DNA of 33,642 bases, taken from contig CAZXTA010000001.1 of assembly GCA_964642865.1 (NCBI GenBank), positions 1-33,642 of the forward strand. Direction: 5' to 3'. This document shows positions 26,266 through 33,642 of the stretch, piece after piece. The position numbers were made by a program, and so were the translations under genes. How positions within the stretch are numbered: position 1 is the first letter of the stretch; each line of letters starts with the position of its first letter. Source of the DNA: an uncultured Methanomassiliicoccus sp. GTDB lineage: Archaea > Thermoplasmatota > Thermoplasmata > Methanomassiliicoccales > UBA472. The notes under the pieces are model-generated. The model was not told the origin of the DNA. It searched no databases and was given only the letters and a program-made list of their open reading frames with translations.

Positions 26266-26439
26266 CTACTTCTCTTTCTTTCTCACCAAGGCCTTGATGG
26301 TGATCTCCACTCTGGTTCCTTCCTTGGTGTCCTCCACGGAGAACTTCCACTGCTCCATGTTGGCCTCGACGTCCTTGAACATCTTCTTCAGTTCCTGGCT
26401 CTTCTCGGTCAGGACCTCGGATATATCGCGATCTGGCAT
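26266..26439 (-). CDS. Small hypothetical protein, paralogue of 24428-24649
   Basis: This 57-aa ORF is missing from the track: MPDRDISEVLTEKSQELKKMFKDVEANMEQWKFSVEDTKEGTRVEITIKALVRKKEK. A strong SD (AAGGAGGT) lies 8 nt upstream. It ends in TAG, with a TGA two codons later. Confidence 0.6.
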   Translation of the reverse strand: MPDRDISEVLTEKSQELKKMFKDVEANMEQWKFSVEDTKEGTRVEITIKALVRKKEK

Positions 26440-26493
26440 CTTCAAAATACCTCCTTACTAATATTAGTTCCTGGGGTAGATAAAGATTGGCCA

Positions 26494-28146
26494 CTAAGCT
26501 TCAGGCCATAGCTTGGCGGACAGCTCTCGCAGCTTGAACTTCATTATCTTGCCGCTGGCTGTCATCGGGTACTCCTGGACGAACTGGACGTACTTGGGGA
26601 TCTTGTAGAAGGCGATCTGCCCCCGACAATGGTCCACCACGTCCTCAGGGGTCATGGTGATCTCCGGTCGAAGGATGACGAAGGCTGCTGGCAGTTCGCC
26701 ATACTTCACCGACGGAACGCCTATCACCTGCACGTCCTGTACCCCGTCAATATGGTGGATGAAGTCTTCCACCTCCTTGGGATAGATGTTCTCCCCTCCG
26801 CGGATAATCATGTCCTTTAGGCGGCCGGTGACAGCGTAATATCCTTCCTCGTCCATCTTGCCGATGTCCCCGGAGTGCAGCCAGCCCTCCTGGTCTATGG
26901 CCTTGGCGGTCTCCACTGGCATTTTGTAATAGCCTTTCATCACATTGTAACCGCGGCAGCACAGTTCCCCGTGCTCCCCCGGGCCCATGAACCGGCCGGT
27001 CTCGGGATCGATTATGGCGATCTCTATGCCGGGCATGGCCTTTCCGACCGTGGAGCACTTCTTGTCCAGGCTTTTCTCGTCATACCGTGACTGGGTCATG
27101 CCGGGGCTCGTTTCCGTGAGCCCATAGACAATGGTGACCTCGTTCATGTTCATGCGCTCCACGCACTCCCTCATGGTCTTCACCGGGCAAGGTGAGCCGG
27201 CCATGATGCCCGTGCGCAGGGTGGAGAAATCGAACTTGCTGAACAGCTTATGGTCCAGGATACCGATGAACATGGTGGGAACGCCGTACACCGCGGTGCA
27301 ACTCTCGCGCTCTATGGACATCATCACGTTGACGGGATCGTACCTCTCCAGTATGACCATGGTGGCCCCGTGGTTCAGGCAGGCCATAACACCTAGCACG
27401 CAGCCGAAGCAATGGAAGAGAGGGACGGGGATGCACACCCGGTCCCTGGTGGAGAAGTTTTGGTTCACCCCCACCCAGTAGCCGTTGTTGGCGATGTTGT
27501 GGTGTGTGAGCATGACCCCCTTGGGGAAGCCAGTAGTGCCCGAGGTGTACTGCATGTTGACCACGTCCTGCGACGAGAGCAGGGACTGCCTTTCGCGGAA
27601 ATCCTCCTCGCTCACCTGCACGTGCATGGCCATCAGCTCATCCCAGGAGTACATGCCGCGATGTTTCTCCGGGCCCAGGAACAGCACCCTCTTCAGGCAG
27701 GGGTACCGATCGGAACGCAGTCGGTCCCGGGGCTGGGTCCTCAGCTCGGGGATGAGCTCGTACAACGTGTTCACGTAGTCCGTGTCCCGGTAACCGTCGA
27801 TGATGAAGATGTTCTCGCAGTCGGACTGTCTCAGAAGGTAATCGATCTCCGCGTTGCGGTAGTTGATGTTAATGGTAAGTAGGATGGCCCCGATGCGCGC
27901 GGTGGCGAACTGCAGGGTGACCCAGTGTGGTACGTTCGTTGCCCACACCGCCACTTTCTCCCCCTTCCTGACCCCCAGAGCCATGAGCCCCTTGGCCACT
28001 CGGTCCACCGTATCCCTGAGCTCCCTCCAGGTCTGCCGGTATTCCCGATCGGCATAGACCACCGCGTCCTGGTCTGGTACCCTTTCCACGATCTCGTCAA
28101 ACAGCTGGCCGATGGTGGCGTCCCTGGTTATTTCCTCCCTGGCCAT
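26494..28146 (-). CDS. AMP-forming acyl-CoA synthetase / fatty-acid-CoA ligase family
   Basis: The AMP-binding motifs YTSGTTGFPKGV, YGLTETSP, GWLHSGDIG and GRLKDMIIRGGENIYP are present. Confidence 0.92.
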   Translation of the reverse strand: MAREEITRDATIGQLFDEIVERVPDQDAVVYADREYRQTWRELRDTVDRVAKGLMALGVRKGEKVAVWATNVPHWVTLQFATARIGAILLTININYRNAEIDYLLRQSDCENIFIIDGYRDTDYVNTLYELIPELRTQPRDRLRSDRYPCLKRVLFLGPEKHRGMYSWDELMAMHVQVSEEDFRERQSLLSSQDVVNMQYTSGTTGFPKGVMLTHHNIANNGYWVGVNQNFSTRDRVCIPVPLFHCFGCVLGVMACLNHGATMVILERYDPVNVMMSIERESCTAVYGVPTMFIGILDHKLFSKFDFSTLRTGIMAGSPCPVKTMRECVERMNMNEVTIVYGLTETSPGMTQSRYDEKSLDKKCSTVGKAMPGIEIAIIDPETGRFMGPGEHGELCCRGYNVMKGYYKMPVETAKAIDQEGWLHSGDIGKMDEEGYYAVTGRLKDMIIRGGENIYPKEVEDFIHHIDGVQDVQVIGVPSVKYGELPAAFVILRPEITMTPEDVVDHCRGQIAFYKIPKYVQFVQEYPMTASGKIMKFKLRELSAKLWPEA

Positions 28147-28155
28147 TAACCCACC

Positions 28156-28719
28156 TCAGAAGGGGGTGTAGACCACGGCGTAGATCTCGGCGCTCTCCCC
28201 GTTGGCCGCACCCAGGTGGTGGGGGACGACCGAGTTGTAGTAAACGGAATCGCCCATCTTCAGTAGATGGTTCTGCCGGCCGTAAACCAGCTCCACCTCT
28301 CCCTTGATCACAATGACCAGCTCCTCGCCCTCGTGCGAGGACGTGCCGCGGTCCTCATTGGGCTGGATGACGATGAACAGCGGCTCCATGTGCCGGTCGG
28401 TCTTTCCCTTCCCCAGGGGGTAGTAATGGTACTTTCCCAGGGCCCCCTCCTTGTGCGAGGCGGTCTCCTCGAGGCGCTCATCGGCGCGGGTGATGAGAGG
28501 GTCCTGGCGCACCTGGTCGTCCATGAAGGTCCCCAGCCTCTGACCGAGGGCCCGAGAGATCCTCACCATAACCCCCAGCGGGGGGTATACCTCCCCCGAC
28601 TCTGCCATCCTGACCAGGTTGGCGTCCACGCCGGCGTTCTTGGCCAGGTCGTCTACGCTCAGGTTCAATCTCTCTCGGTATGTACTAATGCGCGTCCCTA
28701 TCTTATCAGCAGAGGTCAA
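28156..28719 (-). CDS. XRE-family HTH transcriptional regulator with C-terminal cupin domain
   Basis: The N-terminal HTH is IGTRISTYRERLNLSVDDLAKNAGVDANLVRMAESGE. The C-terminal cupin-like strands are GEELVIVIKGEVELVYG...GDSVYYNSVVPHHL. Confidence 0.85.
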   Translation of the reverse strand: MTSADKIGTRISTYRERLNLSVDDLAKNAGVDANLVRMAESGEVYPPLGVMVRISRALGQRLGTFMDDQVRQDPLITRADERLEETASHKEGALGKYHYYPLGKGKTDRHMEPLFIVIQPNEDRGTSSHEGEELVIVIKGEVELVYGRQNHLLKMGDSVYYNSVVPHHLGAANGESAEIYAVVYTPF

Positions 28720-28777
28720 ACGGTCATCCTCCAGTCAGTGTCCAGGCGTCAGGCCCGGCGCTGCAATGCCCTAACCT

Positions 28778-28789
28778 AATCGGCCGATT
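28778..28789. promoter_or_regulatory. Perfect 12-bp palindrome, candidate operator upstream of the XRE-cupin gene
   Basis: AATCGGCCGATT lies about 60 nt upstream of the regulator start (28719, minus strand). A second palindrome, GGCCGGCC, is at 28808-28815. Confidence 0.25.
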
Positions 28790-28862
28790 GTTTATGAAAC
28801 TTACTTAGGCCGGCCATTTGGAGCATGAAAGAAGGAAGAGGGAGCGAAGTGCCGGAACACCC

Positions 28863-30260
28863 TTACAGATTCCCCTTGGCCCAATCGTATGCCGCTCGGT
28901 ACACCTTGCGGTTCCTCTCCACCAGCGCCGGCTTGGAGGCGAAACTGGCCTCCAGGGCGGCTAGTATCTGTTCCTCCGGCAGCCCGTGTAAATCCAGGGC
29001 GGTCAGTGCCCCCAGCAGCGCGGTGTTGGCCGCTTTGGGCGTCCCGTTCTCGGCGGAGATGCGGTTGGCCGGGAAGGCCAGTACTCTGACGCCGTCCCCG
29101 ACCTCCGGTTCGGGCAACGAGGCCTCGTACATCACCACACCACCGGGCGGAACGGTGGTAGCGTACTTCTCCGCCGCCGGTTGGCTCATGGCCACCAGGA
29201 CGTCTGGTTGGTCCACGGTCGGCGATCCGACCTCCTTGCCGCTCACCACTACCGAGCAGGAGGCGTAACCGCCGCGCTGCTCCGGTCCGTAGCTGGGCAG
29301 CCAGGACACGAAGCGTCCAGCCCGCCCGGCCGCCTCGGCCATGACCAGGCCCAGGGAAAGCACTCCCTGCCCCCCGAACCCGGAAAACTTGAAGCCCCTC
29401 TCCTTGAACGAGTGGTCCACTTTGGCCGATTCTCCCTCCTGCCCCTGTCCGAAGAGCTGGGAAATGGTGAGGCGAGGTATGGCGTTGGGCACCATGGCAG
29501 CTTCCGAACTACGGTCCCGGAAGCATCCCAGGGGGAAGACCTTCTCCATCTGTTCGGTGACGAATTGAGCGGAGGTCACGGGGTCCATGTGCCAGTTGGT
29601 GGGGCAGGGGGAAAGGAACTCCACGAAGGCGTAGCCCTTACCCTCCTTCTGGACCTCCAGGGCCTTGCGTACCGCCTTTTTGGCCCGCATGATGCGTTTG
29701 GTGTCAGCCACGGAAACGCGCTCGATGTACACCGGAGCCTGTAACTGGTTCAGTACCTCGCACACTTTGAGCGGATACCCCTCTTTGACCGCGTCCCGGC
29801 CGAAGGGTGTGGTGGTGGTCTTTTGGCCGATCATGGTGGTCGGCGCCATCTGTCCTCCGGTCATGGCATATATGGAATTGTTGATGAAGAAGCAGGCGAA
29901 CCGGTCCCCGCGGTTGGCCGCCTGGAAGGCGTTGTTGAAACCTATGGCCCCCAGATCCCCGTCCCCTTGGTAGGCGATGACCACGCTGTCCGGCAGGGCC
30001 CGAGATATGCCGGTAGCGATGGCGGACGCCCGTCCGTGTGGACCGGCCACGTTGCCGCAGTCGAAGTAGTAGTAGCAGAAGGCGGCGCAGCCCACCGGGG
30101 ACACGAACACGGTGCGGTCCTGTATGCCCAGTTCGGCCATGGCCTCGGCGATCAGCTTGTGGATGATGCCGTGGCCGCAGCCCGGGCAGAAGTGTGTGGC
30201 CCTGGTGCCCTTCTCCTTGCGGTCGAATGTCTCGTAGAGGCCGGTGGCCTTCTTGATCAT
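28863..30260 (-). CDS. 2-oxoacid:ferredoxin oxidoreductase, fused beta (TPP-binding) and gamma subunits
   Basis: The N-terminal part is beta-like: THFCPGCGHGIIHK and GDGDLGAIGFN. From about residue 295 it is gamma-like: FKFSGFGGQGVLSLGLVMAEAA...LPSYGPEQRGGYASCSVVVS. It forms a single 465-aa ORF. Confidence 0.9.
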   Translation of the reverse strand: MIKKATGLYETFDRKEKGTRATHFCPGCGHGIIHKLIAEAMAELGIQDRTVFVSPVGCAAFCYYYFDCGNVAGPHGRASAIATGISRALPDSVVIAYQGDGDLGAIGFNNAFQAANRGDRFACFFINNSIYAMTGGQMAPTTMIGQKTTTTPFGRDAVKEGYPLKVCEVLNQLQAPVYIERVSVADTKRIMRAKKAVRKALEVQKEGKGYAFVEFLSPCPTNWHMDPVTSAQFVTEQMEKVFPLGCFRDRSSEAAMVPNAIPRLTISQLFGQGQEGESAKVDHSFKERGFKFSGFGGQGVLSLGLVMAEAAGRAGRFVSWLPSYGPEQRGGYASCSVVVSGKEVGSPTVDQPDVLVAMSQPAAEKYATTVPPGGVVMYEASLPEPEVGDGVRVLAFPANRISAENGTPKAANTALLGALTALDLHGLPEEQILAALEASFASKPALVERNRKVYRAAYDWAKGNL

Positions 30261-31315
30261 GTTCCACCCTCCAGCATCTTCATGGCCCTCTCCATCACAT
30301 CCTCCACCCTCATCATATTGCCGCCCATGCGGTTAATGAGCTGCACCTTACACTTCATATCCCGGTCCAGGTGCAGTATCAGGTCGTCGCGGTACTGCCC
30401 GTTGCTCAATTCCACCACCAGTATCCTCCCGGCCCTCGCGGCCTCCCGCAGCGACGCGGTGGGGAAGGGGAACAGGGTGATCGGGCGGAAAAGGCCGGCC
30501 TTGATCCCCTTGGCCCTCAGCTGGCCCACCGCCGAACGCGCGATGCGGGCGCTGGTGCCGTAACCGGAGAGGACGATCTCCGCGTCCTCCACCATGAAGG
30601 ACTCCGCGCACACATCCGCCTGCATGGAGACGTACTTCTCCTGCAGATCCCAGTTGTGCCTCTCCTGCAATTCGTTGTCCAAGAACATAGAGACGATCAG
30701 GTTCCGCCGTGTTGCGGCGTCCCCGTGCACGGCCCACCCCGAGGTATCGGGACGGGGCGATTCCTTTTCTGGGAAGGTCAGGAACTCCATCATTTGGCCT
30801 AGTACGGCATCCGCTAGGACTATGGCCGGGTTGCGGTACTTGAAAGCAAGCTCGAAGGCCTTCATGGTCAGGTCGCACATCTCCTGCACCGAGGCCGGCG
30901 CCAGCACTATGTTGTGATAGTTGCCGTGACCGCCGCCCTTCACCGCCTGATTGTAATCGCCCTGCTCCGGACCGATGTTGCCCAGCCCCGGTCCCACCCT
31001 CATGATGTTGACCACTACGGCCGGCAGCTGTGCGCCGGCCATATAGGATAAGCCCTCCTGCATGAGCGAAATGCCCGGACCGGAGGAGGCGGTCAGGGCC
31101 AGCCGTCCCGCGGCTGCGGCACCGAAGATCATGTTGATCGCCCCGGTCTCGCACTCCGCCTGCAGGTGCTCCCTGCCCAGCTGGGGGAAGTATTCCGCCG
31201 CCGCGTGCGCTATGTCACTGGCCGGGGTGATGGGATAACCGAAATAGACATCGCATCCGGCGTACACTGCGCCTATGGTCACCGCCTCGTTGCCCTTCAC
31301 GAATTTACGCATCAT
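30257..31315 (-). CDS. 2-oxoacid:ferredoxin oxidoreductase alpha subunit
   Basis: MMRKFVKGNEAVTIGAVYAGCDVYFGYPITPASD is a typical alpha N-terminus. Its stop overlaps the beta-gamma start (ATGA). The listed 417-aa ORF start (31510) runs through the delta gene and is rejected. Confidence 0.9.
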   Translation of the reverse strand: MMRKFVKGNEAVTIGAVYAGCDVYFGYPITPASDIAHAAAEYFPQLGREHLQAECETGAINMIFGAAAAGRLALTASSGPGISLMQEGLSYMAGAQLPAVVVNIMRVGPGLGNIGPEQGDYNQAVKGGGHGNYHNIVLAPASVQEMCDLTMKAFELAFKYRNPAIVLADAVLGQMMEFLTFPEKESPRPDTSGWAVHGDAATRRNLIVSMFLDNELQERHNWDLQEKYVSMQADVCAESFMVEDAEIVLSGYGTSARIARSAVGQLRAKGIKAGLFRPITLFPFPTASLREAARAGRILVVELSNGQYRDDLILHLDRDMKCKVQLINRMGGNMMRVEDVMERAMKMLEGGT

Positions 31316-31319
31316 ATCA

Positions 31320-31553
31320 TTACTTCCCGTCGTCCACCTGGATGGCGTACGGCTCCGGGCAGTTGTAGAAACATGTGGCGCACCCAACGCACCCTGGGCC
31401 GGCATATTCGACGGCGTTGTATCCGCGGCGGTTGACGCGCCCGGACAATCGCAACACCTTCTTCGGGCAGGCGACCACGCAGCGGCCGCAGCCCTTGCAC
31501 TCGTTCTCATCGATAAATGGACGGGGAAGCACCTGCTCGACGTCGTTCATCAT
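31320..31553 (-). CDS. 2-oxoacid:ferredoxin oxidoreductase delta subunit (2x[4Fe-4S] ferredoxin)
   Basis: 77 aa with two Cys clusters, CKGCGRCVVACP and CVGCATCFYNCP. Confidence 0.85.
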   Translation of the reverse strand: MMNDVEQVLPRPFIDENECKGCGRCVVACPKKVLRLSGRVNRRGYNAVEYAGPGCVGCATCFYNCPEPYAIQVDDGK

Positions 31554-31704
31554 TAATGTGGAATGAAAGACGGTACTTAATAGTATTCAACGTGGCAGGT
31601 TCAGATCACGATTTACGGACCATGCCCATCAATCGATCTTCCTCAAAGGAATCCCGTTCAGCAGGTCCCCTGGTAACGACCTTGAAATTGATTGGAAAAA
31701 GGTT

Positions 31705-33142
31705 TCAGCAGGTTTGGCCTGGAGAGATGAAGATAGCTCCATCACCCCTTATGGGCAGTAGACCATGAGCGTCATCCAAATTCCCGTTCACCTCCAGGAA
31801 TTCTGTAGCGACCGTCAGTTCGCCGCACTGGACCAGATCTGGGACCGAAAAGTAGACCACCAGGTCCTTCCAGCCATCACGGTCGATATCCCTGCATGTG
31901 AATTTGAACCGACCATTGTTCAGAATAACGACGCCGGCGGCCCCGATATGGAGGGACGCAGTGTCCATCCAGCTGCCATCGGCGTCCTCGTTCCCGTAGA
32001 TGATCACCCTCAGCAGTCCCCCGCTTTTAATGCTTATCTTGTCCTGGCCCTCGCTCGACCTGACATCCACCCGAACATCGATGGCGTGTGGTCTTCCGGC
32101 CAATGCGAACCAGCTGAGCTCGGTCATGTTGGCCCAAACGTAACCGGAATACCTGATCCCAAAGATCTCCTGGTCGGTGGTGTTCACCCCGGTCATGTTC
32201 GATTCGTGACCTGAGCCGATCCTTTCCCATCGACCATCGTCGATGGATAACGACCAGAGACCAAGGGACCGCTCGTCGATGTCCAAGACATCATCAGTAT
32301 CCCCGTCCCCGTTCATGTCCAACTCCTCGTTTGTGTAATATATACGCACCAAGGCCCCTTCCAGGGTAGTGTTCAGGTCATCGAAATTGACCTCGACATG
32401 TACGAACTTGTTTAGAGCCATCCAACCGGGGGACAGGCCAGTACCCCGCTCTAGGGGAATGGGCACCTCCGTTGCATTCACCTTGGTCACCTCGACCTCG
32501 AAGGTGTCCATGGAATCCAGCTTGGCCCATATGAAGGTGTCCGTGAGGTGCATGCTATCGATCCAATCCAACCGGAAGCAGGCCCGGGCGTTGTGATATT
32601 GGACCAGGTACCCCTTATCGCTCACGGTCATGCTCATGCTCTTGAGCACCCCTACGGCCCTGATGGCGTCCGTGTCGTAGACCATGGAGAACATCACCAC
32701 CGTCTGGGTGGCGTTCCACACCCCGTTCCTCACGGCCATCCTGTTCAAGGGCGAGTCGATCATCTTCTGCAGCACGTCACCTGAACCGGCCAACAACTGG
32801 GCGATGAGGCTGCCGGCGCTACCGGCTCCGTTGGCCGGGTCGCCCACCAGCACGATGTACTTGGCCTCCAGATGCTAGTCCATCAGCTCCTGCGCACTGA
32901 CCACGGTGACGTTCACCCGGCTGATTAGATCGTCGAAGAAGGCATCGTTGAACTGGTCCGCGTCGATGACCAGCATCACCTCCTGGTCCAGGGTCAGGTC
33001 CTGATACGCCGAAAATACGAGGTCCTCACCCTCTAAACCCTGGTCCTTGTTGAAAAAGGAATCAGTGTCTACCGTCAACGGTTGAAACGTCAAGGCAAGC
33101 AGTGAACCCCCATATAATGAGACATAAAGTCCTCGCGAACAT
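31705..33142 (-). pseudogene. Disrupted (or recoded) secreted/lipoprotein-like gene with Asp-rich Ca-binding / FG-GAP-like motifs
   Basis: Three pieces are present:
- ATG 33142 opens MFARTLCLIIWGFTAC (signal/lipobox-like), but that frame stops after 26 codons.
- A frame offset by one nucleotide runs 33093-32878 and ends in TAG (32877-32875).
- The same frame continues directly (HLEAKYIVLVGDPANG...) to TGA at 31705-31707.

Motifs include DMNGDGDTDDVLDID and CRDIDRDGWKDLVVYF. Confidence 0.45.
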
Positions 33143-33338
33143 GTGAACTCCCCCCCGGTTCACGAAGGCGCTTTATGAAGGGGGCAGGTAATCATCACCG
33201 CTTCGCCTTGTGCCGCCCAAGCGGTGCCTGTGCTAATTATTTTTTAATGACCCCCGCAAATTAATATTTGAGTTATTGCAACTTAAATGTTCTGCCACCC
33301 TGGGACGAGCTCACGATCCGAGCATCGCAGGTCCGAAA

Positions 33339-33629
33339 TCAAATGCTCCCGTAGAATCGAACGTGCTCCCAGGCGTCATACAGCGCCTTATCCTTCGGTT
33401 CGTCATATAATCCGAGGTCCTTCCTCCCGTATAATTTACGGTCCTCCCCCACCGGGCAGACCTTGATGCAGATGCCGCAGGGGGAGCGGTACCTCTTCTT
33501 CAGCTCGATGCTCCGTCCGGTGCATTTGACCTTGTCGATGGACACCTTCGGATAATCGATGTCCCCGATGGCCTGCACCGGGCAGGCCTTGATGCAGCGA
33601 TGGCACTGGATACAAAGTTGTATGTCCAT
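33339..33629 (-). CDS. 4Fe-4S dicluster domain protein (possibly C-terminal part of a longer protein such as a QueG-like reductase)
   Basis: The Cys clusters are CIQCHRCIKACP and CGICIKVCP. The frame stays open upstream of Met 33629 to the window edge (33642), so the true start may lie outside the window. Confidence 0.65.
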   Translation of the reverse strand: MDIQLCIQCHRCIKACPVQAIGDIDYPKVSIDKVKCTGRSIELKKRYRSPCGICIKVCPVGEDRKLYGRKDLGLYDEPKDKALYDAWEHVRFYGSI

Positions 33630-33642
33630 TGGTTCACCAGAC

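Noticed and set aside
31316-31510. N-terminal 65-codon extension of the oxidoreductase alpha ORF (listed start 31510)
   Set aside because: The extension overlaps the delta-subunit gene in another frame and is Ala/Arg/Pro-rich. The canonical alpha N-terminus, MMRKFVKGNEA, starts at 31315, right after the delta stop.
33196-33246. 8-bp stem hairpin CACCGCTT...AAGCGGTG followed by a T-run on the plus strand in the 33094-33338 intergenic region, considered as a possible ncRNA or terminator
   Set aside because: No plus-strand gene lies upstream for it to terminate, and the loop is 15 nt. It shows no recognisable RNA family features. It may be incidental or serve as a bidirectional terminator, and the sequence alone does not support a call.

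Overview
This is an archaeal chromosomal segment. The markers are a group II chaperonin (thermosome), the RFC large subunit, Taw1 wyosine radical-SAM enzyme, an Nre-family repair protein, TATA-box promoters and oligo-T terminators. High-GC Thermoplasmata or Methanomassiliicoccales-like is only a guess. Core genes are GC-rich: 41 of 60 bases are G+C at 4801-4860 by hand count.

The core genes are, left to right:
- CMD/AhpD-like and PPC(DUF296) pair
- SPL-like radical SAM and Nre, overlapping
- thermosome
- acidic membrane-anchored surface protein
- flavodoxin-like protein
- aldehyde dehydrogenase
- ABC-2 exporter pair
- RFC-L and Taw1
- alpha/beta hydrolase
- phosphatase/membrane protein/kinase cluster
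- AMP-forming acyl-CoA synthetase and XRE-cupin regulator
- 2-oxoacid:ferredoxin oxidoreductase operon in delta, alpha, fused beta-gamma order
- disrupted secreted-protein gene
- 4Fe-4S protein that may run off the window edge

The main accessory feature is a mosaic, extremely AT-rich island at about 11.1-16.7 kb. Its spacers fall to about 13% G+C by hand count. It carries:
- two overlapping paralogous serine recombinases
- an AceTr/YaaH-like transporter
- a heavily decayed proline dehydrogenase pseudogene
- an orphan VapB-like RHH gene
- a ferritin

A 910-aa surface protein follows the island, with 14 propeller-blade repeats, two FN3 domains and a C-terminal TM anchor.

I saw no rRNA, tRNA or CRISPR array. 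All family calls come from motifs read by eye in the translations. No searches were run.
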